Assembly: GCA_963752595.1 (NCBI GenBank)
Contig: CAVVYZ010000001.1
Location: forward strand, 1-64,000
DNA length: 64,000 nucleotides
DNA from: an uncultured delta proteobacterium
GTDB taxonomy: Bacteria; Desulfobacterota; Desulfomonilia; UBA1062
Direction of reading: 5' to 3'
Positions 52,008-62,570 of this stretch are shown one piece after another (the first letter of the stretch is position 1; the number at the start of each line of letters is the position of its first letter). The notes under the pieces are model-generated. The model had not been told where the DNA came from. It saw only the letters and a program-made list of their open reading frames with translations, and did no database searches. Position numbers and translations under genes: made by a program.

Positions 52008-54266
52008 TCATGCCAGAGGTTCTTCCGGATCAAAAGAAGGACTTCCTTTTTTATGCCTCCCTCTCTTCGTCGATTGATTGCATCTTCCCAATGCTTGGTC
52101 ATAATCGGCTGTCGCGTTCTTCCTGAAAAGATCCTGTATAACGGTTTCGCGGTTGGAATCGGTTATTCTGCTGTATCCGTTCTCGCATAAAATAAAATCG
52201 ACTTGTGAAATCGGGATGATGTCTTCCCGGGGATTATATAAGAAAATCCTCCTGATCATACTTTTATCCCTGATATCAGTTTCATCCTGGCATAGTGACT
52301 TCATCGCTTCCTTATCTTTGAGAAGCCAAACAGATTCACGCATGCTCACGATCTCATTTTTCAGGTATGTATATCCTTCGATACAGTAACGCTCTTTTCT
52401 GTTATTTTCAAAAATTGTGCTCACGGAATCGATTTTCCCCAGGTAAGGATGCTCCTGATGGCTTTCAGGCAGGTATTTCTCGCCTGAGCATACCAGCAGG
52501 ATCAAAGGCTGGTTTAGATCATTCTCCTGCCTGGAACGGTATTCCCGGGCTAAGTTTATGATAGAGCTGTGCCCTGCAGAATGCCTGAAATACTGGTCGT
52601 TGATTCCGTTTGCTCCCACTATAACGAGGTGAATGGGCATACTTTCTATTACGTGACCTGCCACGATGTCGGGGATCAGAGCGATGTTGCAGAAATTCCT
52701 CCTCCGCAAATGTAGGCAGTATTGTGTCCCGTCATGGTAAATGAGATGATCCCCGTAACTGCTTTGCGTTTTCGGCTGGCCTTCACATACGAAGATGTTG
52801 ATCTTTTTTGAAATAATATACTCACGACGTGAGCCCCGGATCTCTTCAAACCTTTTGTCACGATAGGCATGCTCGATCAGTGCCTCCCGGAACCCGCACA
52901 ATACCGTTGATACCATCTCACTATAACCGTACAGCAGCACGTTGAACTCATTCTTTTTGTTATACAGACTCATCAGCTCATTCATAAAAATATTTCGGGA
53001 ATTAACGCGGATCTTTTTGCGATGTGTATAGTGATCTCTATACAATTCCAATATTACATTCAGGATCTCTTCTCTATCCGTTTCTTGTTTATCATCGATC
53101 CTTTCTTTAAGGATTCGTACAAGCTTATGCAGGCCAAGGTGGCAGGACCGTTTTTTTAACGGGTTTTCGGTAAGGTAATTGAGGAATTCTTTCAGTTTCT
53201 TTTGGTAGCCGTCATATATCTGGAAATCATACAACTTTATAGTTCCATCTGTATCCCTGTAGAGGGAATAACCAAGGATATTGGCTACCGAGATAAGAAT
53301 CATTTCCAGCAGCTTGGAAGCACTCGGCGCCATCATGATATCATAATTCAATACCATTTCTCTCAGGTCGATTTCCATTTGGTTGGTGACTTCAAAAGGA
53401 GACACCTTATGCTCGATATCCAGATAAAAAGTAATCCCCTCCTCTATCAGAACATCAGCGATGCTGAAAAGCTCGCTCTTGAGATCATCGAGAACCATTC
53501 TGATAATCGATTGTAATTTGACACGCATGAATAACTTGATGTTTTCATCAAGTTGAGAAACATCAAACCGGGGTTCCTTGAAGATAATCTGGATCTTGTG
53601 AGTGGTGAAATCCACATCGATGCTATGGATTATTCTGCTTTTTATCCAGTGAATTTTTGACTCGATCGGAATATCATAGGTGAGGCACATGGAATAGGGA
53701 CCGTCGGGTACGCGTGAAGCACTGATATCAAGGGCATCCGCCAGTCTCAGATACGCCGACAGGAGCCTGAGCCTCACGCGGTCATTATTCACGGGTAGTT
53801 CTTTATCGCAGGTGTTAATGTCCTCTTGCTTCCTATGATAGCGGCATAATTTGCCCAGGGCTTCTTTGTGGAATTGATCAACTCCAAGCTCTGCATATTT
53901 TTCCACGATGCATTTTTCGGATAATACATGGTGTTTGTTTCTTATCTCATTAGGTTTTCCTCTTGAGCCGGCAGGGAGATACGTTTCCACTAAGTCCGGA
54001 AGCATCCCGACATCATGGAGCCAGGCTGATGCCAGGAGAAAGAATCGCTCCTTCTCTGAGAGATCAAGATACTTTTTTTTGGGTATTAATTTATGGATAA
54101 TATCTTCAACTGCCTGGAAATGGTCTACTCCGTGTGGGGTGAAGAACGGCAGGTCTCTTTTATTATTATTGCAGAGCCAGGTAACTTTTTCGCGGATGTT
54201 AATTAATTTTTGTGAATAGCTTTCTCCAAGCCAACTTTTCCAGTGTTTTTCATCGGTGTTATCCAT
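52008..54266 (-). CDS. HD-domain (HD-CE-like) phosphohydrolase fused to an eIF-2B/R15P-isomerase (IF-2B family)-like domain
   Basis: HD motifs TPHGVDH, WLHDVGM, KHH, RYH, LRLADALDI. C-terminal half VLLYGYS, VCEGQP, LIPD, VIVGANGI, EKY, NPREDIIP...ILCENG, in IF-2B motif order. RBS AGGAGG 5 nt before the ATG at 54266. AT-richer than its neighbours. Confidence 0.8.
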   Translation of the reverse strand: MDNTDEKHWKSWLGESYSQKLINIREKVTWLCNNNKRDLPFFTPHGVDHFQAVEDIIHKLIPKKKYLDLSEKERFFLLASAWLHDVGMLPDLVETYLPAGSRGKPNEIRNKHHVLSEKCIVEKYAELGVDQFHKEALGKLCRYHRKQEDINTCDKELPVNNDRVRLRLLSAYLRLADALDISASRVPDGPYSMCLTYDIPIESKIHWIKSRIIHSIDVDFTTHKIQIIFKEPRFDVSQLDENIKLFMRVKLQSIIRMVLDDLKSELFSIADVLIEEGITFYLDIEHKVSPFEVTNQMEIDLREMVLNYDIMMAPSASKLLEMILISVANILGYSLYRDTDGTIKLYDFQIYDGYQKKLKEFLNYLTENPLKKRSCHLGLHKLVRILKERIDDKQETDREEILNVILELYRDHYTHRKKIRVNSRNIFMNELMSLYNKKNEFNVLLYGYSEMVSTVLCGFREALIEHAYRDKRFEEIRGSRREYIISKKINIFVCEGQPKTQSSYGDHLIYHDGTQYCLHLRRRNFCNIALIPDIVAGHVIESMPIHLVIVGANGINDQYFRHSAGHSSIINLAREYRSRQENDLNQPLILLVCSGEKYLPESHQEHPYLGKIDSVSTIFENNRKERYCIEGYTYLKNEIVSMRESVWLLKDKEAMKSLCQDETDIRDKSMIRRIFLYNPREDIIPISQVDFILCENGYSRITDSNRETVIQDLFRKNATADYDQALGRCNQSTKRGRHKKGSPSFDPEEPLA

Positions 54267-54580
54267 GTGCACCTCCTGTCATGGCTATTTCCAAACAAGC
54301 GACAAGTGTAACGGTAGCGTACGTTTTATTGGGCTAGAAAAACACAAGGCTGCTTCTGGCACGTTGCCGGCCGGAATATCGAGGTGAAATTAAAAAATAC
54401 ACGATAAGAGGATAAATTGATAGTTAATTTTTGCCAATAAACCCTAAAGATGAAAAAGGCACCCAAGGTATATCGATATACTCTGAAACCCGTCCAGTAC
54501 CAGCGAAGCTGTTGCCTGGAAAAATTGTCTTGCTTCTCCCGGATGGATCATTAATCTTAACCAAGAAAGGAATATCCTTT

Positions 54581-55924
54581 ATGACAACCGTAAACGACGT
54601 GGCACGGGAGAAGTATGGCCGGATACTCCGCACAGCAGACGAAGTAGTCCGGATGATCAATTCAGGTGACAAGATTTTCTTCAGCGAGTTTATGCTTTAC
54701 CCCGAGGCCCTCGATGAGGCCCTTGCAAAGCGCGCCCCTGAGCTCAAGGATGTCGTAATCGAGGGCGTATGCATAACGCGTGTACCCCATTTCATCAAGG
54801 CGGACCCGGCCAGGGAGCACTTCATCTACCAGGACTGGCATATGTCCGGAGTCGGCCGCAAGCTCTACCAGCAGAACCTGTGCAACTATATCCCGAACAC
54901 CTACCACCAGGGCCCGAGGGTCATCAGGAAGTACAACGAGTATGACTATGTGTTCGTGAATGCCTGCCCCATGGATTCGCGGGGGTATTTCAACTATGGA
55001 ATCTGCAACTCGCTCACCTCTGCCGTCATCACCAAGGCAAAAAAGGTCATTGTGGAGGTGAACGAGAACATACCCCACTGCCTCGGCGGCAACCAGGAGT
55101 CGGTGCACATCTCACGGGTCGATTATGTGGTCGAAGGGAAAAACAGTCCGCTGCTTGAAATACCCCCGGCGAAGCCGTCGGAGACCGATATCATGATCGC
55201 CGAATTTATCATGAATGAGATAGAGGACAACGCCTGCCTGCAGCTGGGCATCGGCGGCCTTCCCAATGTTATCGGCGAGATGATCGCGGAGAGTGACCTC
55301 AAGGACCTGGGCATTCATACCGAGATGATTGTCGATTCCATGGTGGACCTCTACAATGCCGGGAAAATCACAGGCAACTTCAAGATCATCGACCGGTTCA
55401 AGATGGTCTATACCTTTGCCATGGGCACGAAAAAGCTCTACGATTTCCTTGAAGATAACCCGGCCTGCGCATCCTACCCGACCAATTACACGAACGACCC
55501 GCGGGCCATTGCCATCAACAGCAAGGTGATCGCCATCAACAATGCCATTGAGATCGACCTCTTCAGCCAGGTGTGCTCGGAATCTGCAGGCACAAGCCAC
55601 ATCTCGGGCACAGGCGGGCAACTCGACTTTATCTTCGGGGCATTCATGTCAAGAGGCGGAAAAGGAATCATCAGCCTGAGCTCCACCTTCAAGGACAAGG
55701 ACGGCATCATCAAATCGCGTATCGTACCTACTCTTACACCGGGGGCCATCGTGACCGTGCCGAGGTCCATCATCCAATACGTCGCAACCGAATACGGCAT
55801 CGTGCAGCTCAAGGGCAAATCGACCTGGGAAAGGGCCGAGGCCCTCATCAGTATTGCGCACCCAGACTTCCGGGAAGAGCTCATCAGGCAGGCCGAGGCC
55901 ATGAAAATCTGGGGAAAGCGATAA
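54581..55924 (+). CDS. Family I CoA-transferase (4-hydroxybutyrate/butyryl-CoA:acetate type; acetyl-CoA hydrolase/transferase family)
   Basis: VEVNEN.P, LQLGIGGLPN, LGIHTEM (catalytic Glu), ISGTGGQLDF, VATEYG, LISIAHPDFRE. Confidence 0.92.
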   Translation: MTTVNDVAREKYGRILRTADEVVRMINSGDKIFFSEFMLYPEALDEALAKRAPELKDVVIEGVCITRVPHFIKADPAREHFIYQDWHMSGVGRKLYQQNLCNYIPNTYHQGPRVIRKYNEYDYVFVNACPMDSRGYFNYGICNSLTSAVITKAKKVIVEVNENIPHCLGGNQESVHISRVDYVVEGKNSPLLEIPPAKPSETDIMIAEFIMNEIEDNACLQLGIGGLPNVIGEMIAESDLKDLGIHTEMIVDSMVDLYNAGKITGNFKIIDRFKMVYTFAMGTKKLYDFLEDNPACASYPTNYTNDPRAIAINSKVIAINNAIEIDLFSQVCSESAGTSHISGTGGQLDFIFGAFMSRGGKGIISLSSTFKDKDGIIKSRIVPTLTPGAIVTVPRSIIQYVATEYGIVQLKGKSTWERAEALISIAHPDFREELIRQAEAMKIWGKR

Positions 55925-55939
55925 GGAGGACTGGATCCT

Positions 55940-57820
55940 ATGATGATAAACTGGCATGAAACCTATAAAAAAAGGCTCATGGATGCGGGTACCGCGCTCT
56001 CCCGGATCAGAAGAGGAGCGAGGATATTCATAGGCTCTGCCTGCGGCGAGCCTCAGCTCCTTGTCAAAACCCTCATCGACGTAGCGCCGAACCTTGCCGA
56101 CACCGAGATCATTCACTTTCTGGATCTCGGTGTCGCTTCCTATACGGATGAGAAGTATAGCGAATATTTCCGCCACAATGCACTGTTCATAGGCTCGAGC
56201 ACACGTTCTGCCATCCGGGAAGGCCGGGCTGATTATACGCCTGTTTTCCTCTCGGAGGTTCCCCTTCTTATGCAGCGCGGGACCATGCCCATCGATGCGG
56301 CACTCATCACGGTATCCCCTCCCGACAACAGCGGGTATGTAAGCCTGGGTATCTCGGTTGATATTACCAAGGCCGCAGCCGAGGTTGCCCGATACGTGGT
56401 GGCAGAAGTTAATCCGAACATGCCGAGGACGCTCGGGGACAGCTTCCTGCACGTGAGCGAGATCGATGCCTTTGTGGAAAACGATGCCCCTCTTCTGGAG
56501 TTCGTACAGAAGGCGCCGGGCAATATTGCAAAAGCGATCGGAGAACTTATCGCCGATCTGATCGAGAATGAATCCACCATTCAGACCGGTGTGGGAAGGA
56601 TACCCAGCTCGGTATTCCCCTACCTCATGAACAAACGGGACCTGGGTATCCATACCGAAACGTTCACCGAGGGGCTTATCGATCTCATCGAGGCGGGCGT
56701 CATCACCTCCAGAAAGAAGTCTCTGCATCCCGGAAAAATCGTCTCATCCTTCTGCATGGGTACGAAACGCCTGTACGACTATGTCCACAATAATCCGCTC
56801 TTCGAATTCCGGCCATGTGATTATGTCAACGATCCCTCTGTGATCGCCCGGAATGACAGGATGGTCTCCATCAATTCCGCCCTCACCGTGGATCTTACGG
56901 GACAAGTGTGCTCCGATTCTCTAGGTTTTGAATTTTACAGCGGCATCGGCGGACAGGTGGATTTTGTCCGGGGTTCTGCCATGTCAAATCGGGGCAAATC
57001 CATCATGGTGCTGCCGTCCACCACGGACGACGGGAAGATATCCAGGATCGTCCCGTATCTGTATCCCGGCAGCGGTGTGACCGTCACCAGGGGCGACATC
57101 CATTATGTGGTCACGGAATACGGGGTTGCCTATGTGCATGGGAAGTCCATACGTGAACGTGCCATGTTGCTGATCAACATAGCACATCCCGACTTCCGCG
57201 AGGAGCTGCTGGAAGCGGCGAAGAAGCAGGCCTACATTTATCAGGACCAGACTCTGCCTGTTGTGCTCTATCCGAAGGAATACGAGACAAGCTGGACAGA
57301 CAAACAAGGGGCCAGGATTTTCTTCCGTCCGGTAAAGGCAACTGATGAACGGGCAATCCAGGATAAGATTTATGCCCTCCCGGAGCAGGACATCTACACC
57401 CGGTTCTTCCACAGCCTCAAGTCCTTTTCCCATAAGGTAGCCATGCCCATGGCTGCCATCGACTACAACGACAAGATGTCCATTGCTGCGGTCACCGGTA
57501 AAGAGGAGCCTGAGAGCCGGGAGCAGATCGTGGCCATCGGGCAGTACATCCGAGACCCCCAGACCAACTTTGCCGAAGTCGCCTTCACCACGGGCAAGGA
57601 TTGGCAGAACCGGGGCATCGGCACGTTCCTCCTCCAGTATCTGATTCGCATCGCCAAAGAGAAGGACATCAAAGGATTCACGGCAGATGTCCTGGCAAGG
57701 AACACCCCTATGATGAAGGTGTTCTCCAAGACCGGATACCCCATCAAGACCCACCTGGAATCGGGTGTGTATGAACTCGAGATCACCTTCGATGAAGAGG
57801 AGAATAAGGAAGCCCTCTGA
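55940..57820 (+). CDS. Acetyl-CoA hydrolase/transferase domain fused to a C-terminal GNAT acetyltransferase
   Basis: IQTGVGRIP, LGIHTE, SGIGGQVDF, VVTEYG. GNAT part YTRFF, AEVAF....WQNRGIGT, N..M.KVF. Confidence 0.9.
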   Translation: MMINWHETYKKRLMDAGTALSRIRRGARIFIGSACGEPQLLVKTLIDVAPNLADTEIIHFLDLGVASYTDEKYSEYFRHNALFIGSSTRSAIREGRADYTPVFLSEVPLLMQRGTMPIDAALITVSPPDNSGYVSLGISVDITKAAAEVARYVVAEVNPNMPRTLGDSFLHVSEIDAFVENDAPLLEFVQKAPGNIAKAIGELIADLIENESTIQTGVGRIPSSVFPYLMNKRDLGIHTETFTEGLIDLIEAGVITSRKKSLHPGKIVSSFCMGTKRLYDYVHNNPLFEFRPCDYVNDPSVIARNDRMVSINSALTVDLTGQVCSDSLGFEFYSGIGGQVDFVRGSAMSNRGKSIMVLPSTTDDGKISRIVPYLYPGSGVTVTRGDIHYVVTEYGVAYVHGKSIRERAMLLINIAHPDFREELLEAAKKQAYIYQDQTLPVVLYPKEYETSWTDKQGARIFFRPVKATDERAIQDKIYALPEQDIYTRFFHSLKSFSHKVAMPMAAIDYNDKMSIAAVTGKEEPESREQIVAIGQYIRDPQTNFAEVAFTTGKDWQNRGIGTFLLQYLIRIAKEKDIKGFTADVLARNTPMMKVFSKTGYPIKTHLESGVYELEITFDEEENKEAL

Positions 57821-57830
57821 AAAAAGATTC

Positions 57831-59626
57831 TTACACGGCCTGCATGAGGGCCTTGATCTCGTCCTGGTCGATCTTCTCCTTTTCAAGTAACAGACACGCC
57901 CCTCTGACGAGCGTTTCCTTCCTGTTCATGAGAATATCCAGGGCCACCTTGTACTGGTTTGATATGATCTGCTGGATCTCGGCGTCAATGGCCTGGGAGG
58001 TGAGCTCGCTGTAGTCGCCGGGCTCCTGCCGTTCCATGTCGAGGAACCGGGAGCGCCTGTCGTGGGCAAGATAGACCTGCCCGAGGTTGCTGCTCATGCC
58101 GTATTCCTTGATCATGCTTTTGGCGATATCTGTGGCGCGGGAGAGATCGTTATGCGCACCGGTGGATATGTCTCCGAAGATGATTTCTTCTGCAGCCCTG
58201 CCGCCGAGCAGTGAGGCGATCTTGTTCAGGAGCTCGGTCTTCCTCATGAGAAACCTGTCGTCGGTAGGCACCTGCATGGTGTAGCCGAGCGCGGCAATAC
58301 CGCGAGGGATGATCGAGATTTTCTGCACCGGATCGGTGCCCGGGAGGCTCATGGCCACGATGGCGTGCCCCATTTCGTGGTGGGCGACGATCTCCCGCTC
58401 ATCTTTGTTGATCAGCCTGTTCTTCTTCTCGAGCCCGCCGATGATCCGCTCCACCGCTTCCTGAAACTCGGGCATGCCCACAAGCTTCTTGTCGTGCCGG
58501 ACCGCCAGCAGAGCCGCCTCGTTCACCAGGTTGGCAAGGTCTGCACCCACCATCCCCGGGGTCATGGCGGCGAGAGTTTCAATGTCGATGTCCGGTTCGG
58601 TCTTGATGTTTCTGAGATGAACCTTGAGGATCTCCGCCCGGCCGACCTTGTCCGGCCGGTCCACAAGGACGTGGCGGTCGAACCTTCCCGGCCTGAGCAG
58701 TGCCGGATCGAGTATTTCAGGCCGGTTGGTGGCTGCCATAAGGATCACTCCCACTTTGGGGTCGAAGCCGTCCATTTCAGAGAGGAGCTGGTTGAGCGTC
58801 TGCTCGCGCTCGTCATGGCCTCCCGTCATTCCGCCGATGCCCCGTGCCTTGCCCAGGGCGTCGACCTCGTCGATGAAGATAATGCAGGGGGCCTTTTCTT
58901 TGGCCTGAACGAAGAGGTCCCTGACTCTCGCTGCACCGAGCCCCACGAACATCTCCACAAAATCCGAGCCGCTCATGCTGAAGAACGGGACTCCGCTCTC
59001 TCCTGCCACTGCCTTGGCCAGGAGTGTCTTGCCCGTGCCGGGCGGGCCCACGAGCAGGATTCCCTTGGGTATTCTGCCGCCGAGCTCGCCGAACTTCCCA
59101 GGGTTTTTCAGAAAGTCGATCACCTCCACGAGCTCCTGCTTTGCCTCGTCCACGCCCGCCACATCGGTAAACGTATTTTGAGCTCGTTCTCCATGTAGAT
59201 CTTTGCCTTGTTTTTACCAAGCGACATGAAGCCGGGCTGCTGTCCCGCCATGCGCTTCATGAGGAGGTACCAGACCCCGACGAATATGAAGACGGGCAGT
59301 ACCCAGGATATGACATCACGAAGGATGGTAGATTCGATCTTTCCCTTGAAAACGACATTGTATTGCTCCAGGGTCTTTGAGAGCTCGGGGTCCACCCGCA
59401 CGGTCTTGAATTCCTCCATCTGGCCCTGCGGGTTTTTCATCTTGCCCTGGATCTCGTCTTGCGAAACCGCGATCTCGGTCACCTTTCCCTGCTTCAACGA
59501 ATTCATGAACTGACTGTAGGGGATGGTCTTCACCGCGAGCATGGAAGCTATGTAACTCTGGACCAGGAGCACCACCCATATCCCGATCAGGACATACCAG
59601 ATGGAGACCGCATGTTTTTTTTCCAT
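57831..59626 (-). CDS. ftsH: ATP-dependent zinc metalloprotease FtsH (one frameshift near 59170)
   Basis: Two TM helices, [55 protein letters not shown]. The shift is a T run one base short. Confidence 0.93.
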
Positions 59627-59827
59627 AATTTCTCCAGCATTTCAGCGGATTATTTTTTAAAAATACTACTTATCTTATAGAGCTAACACCTTGAAATTCA
59701 AGGCTACTCAAAAAATCACCTTAATATTTCACTAATACATTCTCTATGAAATGTACGTGAAGAGTTGCCATTGCAGGCCTCTCCAGGGACTATAGCATGA
59801 ATGGGTCATGTTTACACCAAGCCTATC

Positions 59828-60644
59828 CTACGGCATGGCGGCCCTGATCGGCCCGGGCATTTCGCAGGTGAGCCGGATCTCTGATTCGGTGCGGAGGAAG
59901 CAGGACGGATCTTCGCTTAAATAATCGCCTGAGTAAGCCATAGACCGTCCCCTGCAGCAGCCGCAGATGCTCCGGTAGCCGCACTCGCCGCATTTGCCCT
60001 TGAGCATGTTCTCACGGTTTCTTAAATGTTCGAATATCTCGCTGCTGCGCCAGATATCGTCGAAGGGCCGGGTGCGGACATTGCCTGCGCTGATCTTTAC
60101 GAAGGGGCAGGGCCATGCATCACCGTTCGACTTGATGTAGACGTCCTGCTGCTTTTTTGCAAGGAACTTGAGCAGCCGCTCGTTCTCGTTGATCTTGAGC
60201 GTGGCGTCTTTGATAATCTCGCCCCTTCCCACGGGCACGAGCTGGTACATGAGCATGATGCCCGAGCCCAGGTCGCCGGCAAGCTCCACGAGCTCGTCCA
60301 TGTCGTGGATGTTGTACTGCATGGCCGTGCAGTTGATCTGCAGGGGGATTCCTGCCCTTTTCATGGCCCGGATGCCCCGCATGGCGAGCTCAAAGGTGTT
60401 GGGCTTGTTGCGCACGAAGTCGTGCACCTCGTCGTGCCAGGAATCGAGACTCACCGCAAGCCCATGCCGATGGACCCCGCAGCAATGGGCAGGGAGTTGA
60501 AGCCGTGTGTACATCCCAGCGGGGGAACTGCTTCCACTTGATCATGTGGGAAAAGAGCAGGGCGCTCCCCAGCTGGCGCATGACCAGGCTCGGGGGCCAG
60601 AAAATGGATTTCAGGGGCCAGTTCGCAATCTCGGTTATCTTCAT
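59828..60644 (-). pseudogene. Radical SAM/SPASM protein with internal deletions
   Basis: AVSLDS...HD..R and SPASM motifs YIKSNGDAWPCPF, KCGECGYRSICGCCR, DPSCF remain. No CxxxCxxC motif is found. The N-terminus is in another frame, and the segment before the SPASM domain looks missing. Confidence 0.75.
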
Positions 60645-60648
60645 GGTG

Positions 60649-61593
60649 TTATCCCTTGAGAATAAGCCCTGCGCTGTAGGCAGCAGGGATGAGGAGGTTC
60701 GTTATGATTGTCGCTGCGCACATCCGTTCGAGTTTCTGCCTGTCCTGATACTCTCCCCGGGCCATGCCCAAGGCAGGGTAGAGGCCGCACAGGGCGACGA
60801 CGGGGAAGAAACCCCAGGTGATCTCAGGTGCACCGGCCGGGATCGCCAGGGGGAAGGCAGCCACCGCACCCACTTGTGCCAGGGCATACAGCCATGCTGA
60901 CTTCTGTTTCCCCAGCCGCACCGCGAGCGTCTTCTTGCCGGTCATGACATCCGCCGGATAGTCGGGGAACTCGTTGATGAAAATCACGTTGAAGATGGTG
61001 AGCGCAATGGGGATACTCATCCAGTGGACCAGGGGATCGAACCGGGATGTCTGGAGGTAGTAGGCAGCGGCAACCGGCAGCCATCCGTAGCAGAACCCGA
61101 TGATGATCTCGCCGATGCCCCGCTCCACGATCCGTATGGGCTTCGTGGAATAAAAGAACCCCGAAAACAGGCCGATGGCGCCGAGCGGGATGGTCCAGGG
61201 ACCGGTATCGTAATAGAACCGGAGGATGAGCCCGATGGCGATCGCAGCACCGGCGGACAGGTAGCCGGCGATCAGGGCATGGGAGGGCGGGACAACGCCC
61301 TGGGCGACAGCCTGGGACCCTCCGGTGAACTGGTTTCTCTCCAGCTTTGCCGAGAGCCTGTCGCCTTCCAGGTCATAGTATTCCCCCGACGTATAGGTCA
61401 TCAGCATGATGAGGACCGCGGCAAGGATGCTCAGCGCGAACACGGGGAGATTGAATGTGCCGGTCGTCTTCCATGCGAGGACGGCACCCAGGAGAAAGGG
61501 CATGATCCCTACGGCGTGGAAAGGGAACCGTGCCATGACGAGCCAGCCTCTGATAAGGCCGGCCGTATCGTCGTGAGCCTGTGACCGTGCCAT
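60649..61593 (-). CDS. UbiA/MenA family prenyltransferase
   Basis: EYYDLEGD and NEFPDYPAD..GKKTLAVRLG Asp-rich motifs, FYSTKP, GIGE, multiple TM segments. Confidence 0.88.
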   Translation of the reverse strand: MARSQAHDDTAGLIRGWLVMARFPFHAVGIMPFLLGAVLAWKTTGTFNLPVFALSILAAVLIMLMTYTSGEYYDLEGDRLSAKLERNQFTGGSQAVAQGVVPPSHALIAGYLSAGAAIAIGLILRFYYDTGPWTIPLGAIGLFSGFFYSTKPIRIVERGIGEIIIGFCYGWLPVAAAYYLQTSRFDPLVHWMSIPIALTIFNVIFINEFPDYPADVMTGKKTLAVRLGKQKSAWLYALAQVGAVAAFPLAIPAGAPEITWGFFPVVALCGLYPALGMARGEYQDRQKLERMCAATIITNLLIPAAYSAGLILKG

Positions 61594-61862
61594 GCGATCC
61601 GCCTCTGCCCTCAAGGCAAGCCGGGCATATGTCCGGAAGACCTTTGTAAGTATATGAGGATATGTGAAAAAGGAAGCTAGTAAATATCCCGGGCTATGTC
61701 AATGACAGGAGAGATATCACCAACTAGAGACAATACATAGTCATTTCAATTCCAGTTTGCTTAAGATTTCTCCGAATAGCATAGTCAGAGGCCGGCCACG
61801 ATCAAGAGACTGCTGCTGAAATGGAGTTCGCCACTGACCCCATCATGCGACCCTATCTTGAT

Positions 61863-62240
61863 TCACTCATACCCTAGCTCGATAAGCCTTTCTTCGCTTA
61901 TTCCGAAGTAGTGGGCGATCTCATGCACGATTGTGATCTCGATTTCCTGCTCCAGCTCGGACATGTCTCTGCAGATGGCAAGGAGCGGCTCCTTGAACAG
62001 GATGATGGTGTCGGGATACGGCGACGGCCAGGTAGCGGACCGCTCGGGGAGCGAGGTCCCGGTGTACAGGCCTAGAAGGGGCTCGTCGGCAGGCAGGCCC
62101 AGGTCATCGAGCAGCTCGGGCCACGGTCTGTCCTCCACAGTGATGGCGACATTACTCACCTGCTGCATGATCTCATCGGGTATCCGGTCAAGCGCGCTGC
62201 CTGCGATCCGGGCAAATTCCATATCGCTTAAGCTCATCAT
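61863..62240 (-). CDS. Zincin-like metallopeptidase family protein (DUF1025 type)
   Basis: LLGLYTG, PDTIILF..P, HEIAHYFGI, LGY. Confidence 0.88.
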   Translation of the reverse strand: MMSLSDMEFARIAGSALDRIPDEIMQQVSNVAITVEDRPWPELLDDLGLPADEPLLGLYTGTSLPERSATWPSPYPDTIILFKEPLLAICRDMSELEQEIEITIVHEIAHYFGISEERLIELGYE

Positions 62241-62570
62241 GGAAAAATGATACATGAAAACGTGGGTGAAATCGATTGTTGCATGTACGTGTAACCGGCA
62301 ATCCCCATGTGATTCTGTCCTTGGCCCTTTGTATTTTTTGCAAGAATCCGCAATTTCAAGAATGTGGCGGTCACATATTGATTTCCAGTCCCAGAACTTT
62401 ATTATACTGTAATATTATATTTTACATTTTGACTTTTGTAATGAGACGCAACTCAGACGCGATCATTTTAATAACAGGAGGGAGCGCCTATGACCTGAAA
62501 AGTCTTTTGTCTCATACGTTCGGCGGCAGTCGTGATTTCAAGGCAATTAAAAATCGAGGAGGTTGAAAGG

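Noticed and set aside
6954-54266. A single contiguous defence island
   Set aside because: The three defence-like inserts are separated by 13-26 kb of host-like metabolic genes and share no boundaries. They are better read as independent insertions.
54356-54370. Sigma-54 promoter (TGGCACG...GC) upstream of the CoA-transferases
   Set aside because: GG-N10-GC spacing holds, but the -12 element reads CGGC rather than TTGC. Too weak to call.
12800-59200. Programmed frameshifting or phase variation as the cause of split genes
   Set aside because: The shifts are numerous, fall in short runs, lack slippery heptamers or long SSRs, and also affect ftsH.
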